64,000 nt of DNA from Marispirochaeta sp. (lineage in GTDB: Bacteria; Spirochaetota; Spirochaetia; JC444; Marispirochaetaceae): positions 480,001 through 544,000 of the forward strand of contig CAXXFF010000002.1 in the NCBI GenBank assembly GCA_963676835.2, in the 5' to 3' direction. The notes below the pieces were generated by a model, which saw nothing but the letters and a program-made list of their open reading frames with translations, was not told where the DNA came from and made no database searches. The position numbers and the translations under genes are program-made. Shown in pieces: positions 9,447 through 17,582 of this stretch; the stretch's first letter is position 1, and each line of letters starts with the position of its first letter.

Positions 9447-10892
9447 TTACAGCTGCCGCAGCAGAATAAGCAGATAATTCCAGAAACGCTCCGTCGAAGG
9501 AATACTCACCTTCTCGTTGGGGCTGTGTGGTCCCCGGATATCGGGACCGAAGGAGATCATATCCATCCCCTTGATCTTGCTGTCGATTACTCCGCACTCC
9601 AGGCCTGCATGAATAACCGTAGTTACCGGTTCCCTGCCGTGGACCTCATGATAAATTCTGCGGGCCTCTGAAAGCAGCGGGGAATCCGGTTTCGGCTCCC
9701 ACGCAGGATACTCACTTTCATACTCAACCTCGCAGCCAAGAAGCTCCATGGCGGAGCGAACCTTGTTGCAGATAAAATCCCGTTTAAACTCCACCGCCGA
9801 ACGCTGACTGGTAAGAATATACAAGGAGGCATCCTCCGTCTGAACCGCAGCCAGGTTGGTTGAGGTTTCCACCACCCCTTTAATCAGGGGACTCATCTCG
9901 ACCACACCGTGGGGAATACTGAGAAGTCCGCGTATAATATCTGCTCCCCCCTCTATAATCCCGGAAGGAGCATCTTCCAGTGTGCGGACAGAAATTGAAA
10001 TCTGCCCATCTTCGGTATACAGCCTTCGGGCCTGCTGCTGCTTTACTTCCGCTTCTTTTTTAAGAGCCTCTAAAGCTTTTTCAGGCAGAGAAAAAACCGC
10101 CTCAAACTCCCGGGGAATGGCGTTGTGCTTGCCGCCTCCCCGCAGGGATACAAGCTGCATATCCCTGATACAGGAGGAAAAGATAACCTGAGCTCCTAAC
10201 TGAATGGCATTGCCCAGGTGCCGGTGAATTTCTCCGCCGGAATGTCCCCCGAAAAGACCTTCCACCCGCAGTGCCACAGTTTTATTGTCCCCTGGCGCAG
10301 GAAGCAGCTGCAGTTTTCGCTTTCCCGAGGTGTTTCTGCCCCCAGCACAGCCGAAGTAGAAGATGCCCTCCTCTTCGGAATCCATATTTATCAGCCGCCG
10401 CCCCCGGATAATATCCGGAGTAAGCCCCATAGCCCCATTGAGTCCGGTCTCCTCGTCTACCGTAAAAAGAGCCTCAAGGGGAGGATGCTCGAGCTTTTTG
10501 TCTGCCAGAACCGCAAGGGCTGCGGCAACACCAACTCCGTTATCGGCACCCAGGGTGGTACCGTCGCCTTTCAGCCAGTCACCATCCTGAAGAATCCGGA
10601 TTGGATCCTTTTCAAAATCATGAACTGTACCGTCATTCTTTTCACAGACCATATCGAGATGGCCCTGAAGAACCAGGGCAGGATGATCCTCATATCCCGG
10701 AGAGCCAGGCTTGGAGACAACCACGCTGCCGACAGCATCCCGCCGGGCTTCCAGACCATGCTTTTCGGCAAAAGCCAGAATATACTCCGCCAGGGCATCT
10801 TCGTTGCCCGAGCCGTGGGGAATGGAACAGATATCTTCAAAATAGGGCCATAAAGGGGCTTTAAACCCAGCCCCTGCACTTAAACCAGCCAT
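9447..10892 (-). CDS. pepD: aminoacyl-histidine dipeptidase (peptidase M20C)
   Basis: LQGHLDMVCEK, TTLGADNG, DEETG, GGHSG, HAGLECG, HSPNE. Confidence 0.92.
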   Translation of the reverse strand: MAGLSAGAGFKAPLWPYFEDICSIPHGSGNEDALAEYILAFAEKHGLEARRDAVGSVVVSKPGSPGYEDHPALVLQGHLDMVCEKNDGTVHDFEKDPIRILQDGDWLKGDGTTLGADNGVGVAAALAVLADKKLEHPPLEALFTVDEETGLNGAMGLTPDIIRGRRLINMDSEEEGIFYFGCAGGRNTSGKRKLQLLPAPGDNKTVALRVEGLFGGHSGGEIHRHLGNAIQLGAQVIFSSCIRDMQLVSLRGGGKHNAIPREFEAVFSLPEKALEALKKEAEVKQQQARRLYTEDGQISISVRTLEDAPSGIIEGGADIIRGLLSIPHGVVEMSPLIKGVVETSTNLAAVQTEDASLYILTSQRSAVEFKRDFICNKVRSAMELLGCEVEYESEYPAWEPKPDSPLLSEARRIYHEVHGREPVTTVIHAGLECGVIDSKIKGMDMISFGPDIRGPHSPNEKVSIPSTERFWNYLLILLRQL

Positions 10893-10971
10893 TGGTAGAA
10901 CACCTCACATAAAATCCTGATTCTACCATATAGTACCATATCAGCGAAAAATCATCACCTGGGGCTTCTTC

Positions 10972-12318
10972 CTACATGGCTGAGCCGATCATTTTTTCCG
11001 GTAACCAGGTTATAATTTCAGGGAAGACAGTACAGAGAACCAGCGTCAGCATTATAATACCGACGAAAGGAATGACACCTTTAATAATATGCGCCATAGT
11101 AACCCCTGTTTCCGGAGGCGCAGTTCCCTTCATGACAAAAATCGACATTGCCATAGGCGGAGTCTGAAAAGCCATCTGGAGATTTATACAGATCATCATT
11201 CCGGCCCATAGAGGATTGAATCCAAGCTCAACCAGAATCGGAGAGAAGATCGGCACAATAATAAAAACAATTCCAATCCATTCTATAAACAATCCAAGCA
11301 GAAAAACGATGAACATAATAACGAAAAATGAGGCCCAGCGGCCGCCGGGGACTGAAAGAATCATGTTCGCCACGACATCTCCGGCACCGGCACTCATAAA
11401 AATACCCACAAACGCGTAACAGAGCGCAGCTATCATCACAACAAAGGATGCAACCCGCAAGGTTTCCAGTGAGGCATGTTTGATCAGTTTCCAGCTGAAC
11501 TTTCTATAGGCAATTGCCAGAATGATCGATGCTGTACAGCCCATGGCTGCTGCTTCAGTGGGCGGCGCTATTCCAGTGAAAATAGTACCCAAAACTGCCA
11601 TAATCAGCAGTACCGGCGGCAGAAGTGACTTCAAAAGCTTGACGAGCTTTTCCATCGAGAAAGGTGTGATCTGGTCTTCAGGAATAGCTGGACCAAGAGA
11701 AGGATTCAGTGCACATCGGACAACAACATAGGTTATATACAGTCCGGACAGGATCAATCCTGGAAACACTGCACCCATAAACATTTGCCCGATGGAAATT
11801 CCAGCCTGAGGGCCATAAACAACAAGCATGATACTGGGAGGGATCAGAATACCAAGAGTACCTGCGGCAACGATGGCACCCGAGGCAAGTGAACGATCAT
11901 ATCCCCGCTCAATCATCGGCCCAAGGGCAATCAAGGTCAGGATAGTAACTGATGCGGCAATCACCCCAAGGCAGGCAGCGAGGACAGTTCCAAAAACTAT
12001 TGTAACAACGAGCAGCCCACCGCGAATACGTCCCAGCGCTTCATAGAGACTTGTATACAGATCTTTAGTGATCCCTGAGTGCTGTAGTATCACCCCCATG
12101 AAAGTAAACAGCGGAACAGCCAGATACGGATAGTTCAGGGAAAGATCGTAAAACCGGCTGTAAAGAATGTGAAATGTAGTTGTTGGCCCGAATACAATAA
12201 GACCAATAAAAAAAGCTACACTTCCGATAACAAATGCTATGGGAAACCCGGTGAGAACCAATCCGAACACCCCGCCCAGCATTAAAACGGCAACTAATTC
12301 AGCGCTTAATTCAATCAA
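10972..12318 (-). CDS. dctM: TRAP transporter large permease
   Basis: AVPLF, GTLGILIPPS, TPP; probable TTG start at 12318 behind GAGGTG, overlapping the dctQ stop. Confidence 0.9.
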   Translation of the reverse strand: MIELSAELVAVLMLGGVFGLVLTGFPIAFVIGSVAFFIGLIVFGPTTTFHILYSRFYDLSLNYPYLAVPLFTFMGVILQHSGITKDLYTSLYEALGRIRGGLLVVTIVFGTVLAACLGVIAASVTILTLIALGPMIERGYDRSLASGAIVAAGTLGILIPPSIMLVVYGPQAGISIGQMFMGAVFPGLILSGLYITYVVVRCALNPSLGPAIPEDQITPFSMEKLVKLLKSLLPPVLLIMAVLGTIFTGIAPPTEAAAMGCTASIILAIAYRKFSWKLIKHASLETLRVASFVVMIAALCYAFVGIFMSAGAGDVVANMILSVPGGRWASFFVIMFIVFLLGLFIEWIGIVFIIVPIFSPILVELGFNPLWAGMMICINLQMAFQTPPMAMSIFVMKGTAPPETGVTMAHIIKGVIPFVGIIMLTLVLCTVFPEIITWLPEKMIGSAM

Positions 12319-12829
12319 TGGATTCACCTCGTATGACCATATACAGATTCCTGACAAGGCCTGCCAGGCCTTGAAGAATCAGCAGTAAAAGACCAACGGC
12401 GAAAATAGTCCGGTAAGGACCGGCCGGAGGGTACCAGAAACTATTGAACATAACCTCATGGATTTTCCATGCTTTGACCGCCCACTCTAAAGCTAGTACA
12501 AACATGACAGTGATCAGTGGAAAGAAAAAAAGTAAGGAACAGATTACATCAATCAGAGCACGAATTCTTGGTGAGAACTGAGAATATATCAGATCTACCC
12601 TGGTATGGGCATCATGAAGCAAGTCAAATGATGCGCCGAGAAGATATGTTGCCCCCCCAGCCATACACAGAGAATCATAGGACCAGATAGTTGGGGCATT
12701 GAAAAAGTGGCGTGAAACTGTTTCATAGGTACCGATCAGTACCAGGAGAAATGCAAACCACTTCCCCACGGATCCTGCTTTCTCACTTATTCCATCCACA
12801 ATTTTGAGTGCCTTTCGCAAAACGAACAT
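12311..12829 (-). CDS. dctQ: TRAP transporter small permease
   Basis: 4 TM, SRHFFNAPTIW, HTRVD; GGAGGA RBS before ATG 12829. Confidence 0.88.
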   Translation of the reverse strand: MFVLRKALKIVDGISEKAGSVGKWFAFLLVLIGTYETVSRHFFNAPTIWSYDSLCMAGGATYLLGASFDLLHDAHTRVDLIYSQFSPRIRALIDVICSLLFFFPLITVMFVLALEWAVKAWKIHEVMFNSFWYPPAGPYRTIFAVGLLLLILQGLAGLVRNLYMVIRGESID

Positions 12830-12851
12830 AAAATCCTCCAAAATCAGGAAA

Positions 12852-12877
12852 TTCCCGGAGTTCATCGACTCCGGGAA
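12852..12877 (-). terminator. stem-loop between dctP and dctQ
   Basis: TTCCCGGAGT-N6-ACTCCGGGAA. Confidence 0.55.
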
Positions 12878-12893
12878 ACGCGCTTCTTCTCTC

Positions 12894-13967
12894 CTACTTA
12901 ATAGCTGTGTAGGATTCCCCGAAGGATTTCATGGAGTTGTAGATTTCTGCAAAGATTGGAGGTTCGGTTTTTGATTTCTCGTCATAAAACTTCCCAGCTT
13001 CTTTTATAAGTGCATCTGCAACTTCCCCCGGCAGCTTGTAGACTTCATTACCAGCTTCCTTGAATTTCTCCACCGCCTTGATAGACTCATTAACCAGATA
13101 CTCATGCTGAGCCTGAGTCCAGTAGGCGACTTCTGCCTGGACAATACGCTGCAAATCTGCCGGCAGGGCATTAAATGCTTCCTTGTTTACAAAGAAAACC
13201 TGGGGATCGCTGGGTGCCCGGGAAGGGGAAAGAATTACATATTTTGCAACCTCATTAAAATGCATCTCCCAGTTTGAAGCCAGAGTTGAATATTCCATAG
13301 CATCAATAGTACCCCGCTGCATGGCTTCATAGAGTTCGCCTCCCGGGATGATTACAGTCGCAGCTCCCATTCGTTTAAGAATTTCACCGCCATCACCCAT
13401 ACATCGAGCCTTCAACCCCTGGATATCTGCAAGAGAGTCGATTCTGACTTTTGAATGGAAGAATACTTCTTCCGGGAGAGGAGAAAGTGCTCCGGGGAAG
13501 GTCATCACATTGTAATCTCCCATCATCTTGTTCAACAGGTCAGCACCACCTGCGAAGTCAAACCATGTGCGTAATGCTTCGCCTGGCAGACCTGCCGGGC
13601 GGGAACTTATAAGGCCGGCAGCAGACCATTTGTCCAGGTTATACATCGGACAGGTGTAAGCCATCTGCAGAACCCCTTCATTGACCGCATCAAGCTCCTT
13701 GTATGCGGGGACAATGGATCCACCCACAAAGGGTTTGACTTCCAAGCGGCCTCCGGACGCCTCGGTTATTGCCTTACAACACTTGTCATGATAGATTTGT
13801 GACGGGTCTGTAGCAGGACCATGACCGGAAGATTTCCAAACAATCTTCTCTACCGCCTTTGCCGGTGTGGCGCCGGCCTGGGCGGTTTCTGTTTTCTGAC
13901 ATGAGAGAAAAGCAAAGCTCAGTAAAAATAGAACCGCCAGTCCCGTCAGTTTTTTTCGTGTTACCAT
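12894..13967 (-). CDS. dctP: TRAP substrate-binding lipoprotein (TakP/monocarboxylate-like clade)
   Basis: lipobox FLSC; SGGRLEV, LKARCMG, GGELYEAMQRGTIDAME; AGGAGG RBS before ATG 13967. Confidence 0.88.
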   Translation of the reverse strand: MVTRKKLTGLAVLFLLSFAFLSCQKTETAQAGATPAKAVEKIVWKSSGHGPATDPSQIYHDKCCKAITEASGGRLEVKPFVGGSIVPAYKELDAVNEGVLQMAYTCPMYNLDKWSAAGLISSRPAGLPGEALRTWFDFAGGADLLNKMMGDYNVMTFPGALSPLPEEVFFHSKVRIDSLADIQGLKARCMGDGGEILKRMGAATVIIPGGELYEAMQRGTIDAMEYSTLASNWEMHFNEVAKYVILSPSRAPSDPQVFFVNKEAFNALPADLQRIVQAEVAYWTQAQHEYLVNESIKAVEKFKEAGNEVYKLPGEVADALIKEAGKFYDEKSKTEPPIFAEIYNSMKSFGESYTAIK

Positions 13968-14041
13968 TAGTAACCTCCTGTTTCTTTTCTGTATTAAAAG
14001 ACTCATTGAGTCCCTAATCACCAGTAAATCGGGCATAAAAT

Positions 14042-14872
14042 CTAATCTATGAACAATGAGGATCCCGTTCTATTGTGAAAAAACCGGCTGCTTGATGACC
14101 CGAGAATATCCATAGCTTTCTGACCGGTACAATGTGAAACACCAATAACCTGGATCCTTTGCCCACCCAGATACTCGAGAGATTTCTCCAGGCTCTCATC
14201 AGAGGATTCAACCAGGTGAGTTCCCCCAAGCACTGCATAAATGGGCCGTTCAAACAATGAAGAGACAGTTTCCAACATATTTTTCATTCCCGGATGTGAA
14301 CAGCCGAGAACAACAACTACCCCTTTAGGGGTATCAACAGCTAAAAGAACTTCATCCTCGAATTTATCCTCCACAAAAACATTGTTCCTTCGAAGGACAA
14401 ATCGCGGGTTGATAACCTCATCTGCGTTGGTCCTGTTGAATCTGGTTATGACATAAACTCCAGGAGTAATTTCCGTAATTTGTTTTTCTGCAAAGCGGTA
14501 TGGAACCATTTGTTTCTTTAGATACTCTTCATCAAAATCGTTCCCAAGGAACTCATGGGAGTCATTAAAAACGGCGTACTTCGGTTCAAAAAAGCCCTGC
14601 CCCATTACAAGCTCAAACCCAGGAAACGTATCAACAAGTGCCTGCAGGCCGCCACTATGATCATAGTGACCATGGCTTAGAACAACATGGGTTAATTTCC
14701 CAAGGTCGAGACCGAGTTTTGCTGCATTTGTTATAAAGCTTGAAGACTGGCCGGTATCAAAAAGAATTGAATGCATCTCATTCTCAATAAGAAATGAAAT
14801 TCCATGCTCAACTCTTAGGGAAAGATGCTCACCCCGACTGTTCTCAATTAGTGTTGTAATCCTCATTGCCAT
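14042..14872 (-). CDS. MBL-fold metallo-hydrolase (dihydropteroate-synthase-related subgroup)
   Basis: EHGISF, LFDTG, SHGHYDHSGG, GCSHPG, GGTHL, HCTG. Confidence 0.85.
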   Translation of the reverse strand: MAMRITTLIENSRGEHLSLRVEHGISFLIENEMHSILFDTGQSSSFITNAAKLGLDLGKLTHVVLSHGHYDHSGGLQALVDTFPGFELVMGQGFFEPKYAVFNDSHEFLGNDFDEEYLKKQMVPYRFAEKQITEITPGVYVITRFNRTNADEVINPRFVLRRNNVFVEDKFEDEVLLAVDTPKGVVVVLGCSHPGMKNMLETVSSLFERPIYAVLGGTHLVESSDESLEKSLEYLGGQRIQVIGVSHCTGQKAMDILGSSSSRFFHNRTGSSLFID

Positions 14873-14880
14873 GAAACCTC

Positions 14881-15588
14881 CTATACTTCCGGCTGTTTTT
14901 CCATTGAACTATGAATATCATTCATGGCATTCCGCAGGTGCTCTGTCATTGCTTTCTCCGCATTTTCCGGAGCATGATCTTTTACCGCCTGCAGTATAAG
15001 AAAGTGTTCATCTATGGTTTTTTCCACTCGTCCCGGTATATGCAGTGTAGATATCCATCCTTCTGAAAGAGACTCTGCCATAGCCTTCATAAGCAGATAC
15101 AGTGTTCTGTTCTTTGTCGCCTTTGCAACCAACCGATGAAACTCCTCATCACACTTAACCAGACCAGCGGTATTACTGCTTCGAGAGTTAGCTACAAAAT
15201 CGTTGTATACCTGTTCCAAAGCATCAATATCCTGATCATCCGCCTTTTCCGCCGCATATGCTGCTGCTTTGGGATCAATCATCAGCCGGACTTCGAAATG
15301 TTCGATAATTGACTGCTTATTGCTTCTAAGCCAGTCACAAAAACTGGAAAATGGCTCCTCCACCGGCTCGGTAATGAAAATTCCTTTTCCATGCTCAACC
15401 CGGACTTTACCGGTTGCCTCCAGGATCCGTACCGCTTCTCTTACCGAGGAGCGGCTTACTTTCAGCTTGGTTGTCAGCTGGTTCTCTGAATAAAATTTAT
15501 CGCCAGGGGAAAAACCATCATTGCTGATCATTTCGGTAATTGCGTTGATGACTTGCTCGGAAAGTCGAATTTTGGTTATGGGCTCCAT
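14881..15588 (-). CDS. FadR/GntR-family transcriptional regulator
   Basis: wHTH PGDKFYSE..VSRSSVREA..G..HGKG, plus FCD domain (FH..VA.AT.N, EH..I). Confidence 0.92.
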   Translation of the reverse strand: MEPITKIRLSEQVINAITEMISNDGFSPGDKFYSENQLTTKLKVSRSSVREAVRILEATGKVRVEHGKGIFITEPVEEPFSSFCDWLRSNKQSIIEHFEVRLMIDPKAAAYAAEKADDQDIDALEQVYNDFVANSRSSNTAGLVKCDEEFHRLVAKATKNRTLYLLMKAMAESLSEGWISTLHIPGRVEKTIDEHFLILQAVKDHAPENAEKAMTEHLRNAMNDIHSSMEKQPEV

Positions 15589-15634
15589 GATTCTCTCTTC
15601 ATGTAAATCTACTCTGTTACTGAGTCACTCTTCT

Positions 15635-15679
15635 ACTCATCAGACAAGTTAGCATAAACCTGGAATCCTCCAATGTCAA
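15635..15679 (-). promoter_or_regulatory. sigma70 promoter and candidate FadR autoregulatory operator
   Basis: TTGACA(15679-15674)-N17-TATGCT(15656-15651); imperfect palindrome ACTCATCAGACAAGT at 15635-15649. Confidence 0.6.
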
Positions 15680-15763
15680 CAATTACTTTTCGCCTTCCAC
15701 CGATCTCTGCCCATGTGAATTCCGCTTGACCTCTCAATAAAGCTGGCATAGAGTTCTCTTCAT

Positions 15764-16861
15764 ATGAAACAAACGATCCTGGCTATTACAAAATTTGAAA
15801 TTGAACAACACGAGCTGCTGAGGGTTCTGGAGAAAAACGGCATATCAGACCTGGAATTTATCCGGGTTGAATCCATGGAAGAGGCTGAGCATCTCTTCTT
15901 TGACCGGGATATCCTGCTGGTTATCGGTGATAACAGCCTGCCGGGCATCAGGGAAATCCTGGTGGAGATGAAACAGGATGAGATATTTTCCCATGTCCCG
16001 GTAATCCTGCTTATTCCCCGCCGTACCCGGCAGACAATCCAGCAGGCCCTGCAGGAGGGTTTTGATGTCTGCATCGCCGAAGAGGAGCTATCTCTGCTCC
16101 TGCCCTATCAGGCGATCCCGCTGATTAAAAACCATGTCTGCTCCGACAGCTCCCGGGAAAAGGTTTCCGTACTGCAGGAAAAATCAATCCATGATTTTAT
16201 CCTCATGGATCTGATAAAGGACTATATTCCCCGGACTATTCTCGATATTGCCCGCAACTGCGCCCATGAGCAGAAGATATCGATTCCGGAAGAAGAGACA
16301 ACCCTTACCATTGTATTCGGTGATATCCGGGGCTTTTCTCCCCGTACCCAGCATATGGAGCCGAAGAATGTCATCCGCTACCTAAACCGCGCCTTCGATA
16401 CCGTTTCCCGCCTGGTTTATACCTATAATGGGGACATAGATAAATACATCGGTGATGCATTTCTTGCGGTCTTTTCCGAACCTCTGGACGCCCTTCAGGC
16501 GATGATGGCGGTGCAGCAGGAGATGAGAGAGCAGAACCGGGGGGCTGAGCCTGAGGACATTATCCAGTTTCGTATCGGCATTCACACCGGCCCGGTAATC
16601 CGCGGAAATGTCGGGGGAAACAACCGCTTCGACAACACCCTTATCGGAGATACAGTAAACACCGCAGCCCGGCTGGAACAGATGGGCACCCCCGGGGGTA
16701 TACTGATTTCAGAAACGACCCGGCAGCTGCTGAATCTGGCTCTCCCTGAGGAGTTCAGCCGCAGGGAGCGGATGAAGGGCCGGGCCGGAATAGAGACAGT
16801 CTGGGATGTATTTGAATACCTGGACACCCGGGAGGCCAGTCCTGAACCTGCTGCTTTGTGA
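15764..16861 (+). CDS. class III adenylate/guanylate cyclase with N-terminal receiver-like domain
   Basis: FGDIRGF, DKYIGDA, RIGIHTG, TLIGDTVNTAARLE. Confidence 0.88.
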   Translation: MKQTILAITKFEIEQHELLRVLEKNGISDLEFIRVESMEEAEHLFFDRDILLVIGDNSLPGIREILVEMKQDEIFSHVPVILLIPRRTRQTIQQALQEGFDVCIAEEELSLLLPYQAIPLIKNHVCSDSSREKVSVLQEKSIHDFILMDLIKDYIPRTILDIARNCAHEQKISIPEEETTLTIVFGDIRGFSPRTQHMEPKNVIRYLNRAFDTVSRLVYTYNGDIDKYIGDAFLAVFSEPLDALQAMMAVQQEMREQNRGAEPEDIIQFRIGIHTGPVIRGNVGGNNRFDNTLIGDTVNTAARLEQMGTPGGILISETTRQLLNLALPEEFSRRERMKGRAGIETVWDVFEYLDTREASPEPAAL

Positions 16862-17582
16862 ACCGGAAGAAATAGAATCTGATAACACTGCCGTCATCAA
16901 AGGAGACAGGGCTGAACATCTGAGAAAGATTCTGAAAGCCTCTCCAGGAGACAGTGTCAGTGCCGGAATTATCGGCACCGGCAGGGGATCCGCAGAAATC
17001 CTTGAATTGAAACCCGGCATGTGCAGAATCCGCATACAGAAAGAGGAAGAACCGGACACCCTGTATCCCCTGCGCCTCGCAGTGGGCATGGTGCGCCCGA
17101 TTCAGGTTAAACGAATACTTAAAACCGGTGCATCCTTCGGGATCAGCGAATTTCTCTTTCTTCCCACTGCTCTGGGAGAAGCATCCTACCGCAAGGCAAA
17201 CATCTGGGATGATTACCGCAGACTTCTGGTGGAAGGTGCTTCCCAGGGAGGTGTCTGCACCCTGCCCAAGGTAAGTCTCTATGGAAGCCTGCAGGAGCTG
17301 ACTACAGCAGTACAGCCGGAGGAAAGATGTATTGTGTATGATCTTCCCTATCTTTCTCACCTTCCAGGCGGCGATTCCCCCCGGAAAAAAGGCGGTGTCT
17401 TATCTAAAGAGGATAAAGCCCTTATACTGATCGGGTCCGAAAGGGGTTGGACGGATAAGGAAAGGAAAGAGATCTACACCTCGGGATTTGAATGCCGCAG
17501 TCTGGGCAGCCGGATTCTAACTACAGAAACCGCCTGCACCGCTGCCATAGTACTTACTCTGCAGGAGATGGGCTTTTTTTGA
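16842..17582 (+). CDS. rsmE: 16S rRNA m3U1498 methyltransferase
   Basis: HLRKILK, LIGSERGW, LGSRILTTETA; probable CTG start at 16842 behind GGAGG (alternative ATG 16806). Confidence 0.85.
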   Translation: MNLLLCEPEEIESDNTAVIKGDRAEHLRKILKASPGDSVSAGIIGTGRGSAEILELKPGMCRIRIQKEEEPDTLYPLRLAVGMVRPIQVKRILKTGASFGISEFLFLPTALGEASYRKANIWDDYRRLLVEGASQGGVCTLPKVSLYGSLQELTTAVQPEERCIVYDLPYLSHLPGGDSPRKKGGVLSKEDKALILIGSERGWTDKERKEIYTSGFECRSLGSRILTTETACTAAIVLTLQEMGFF

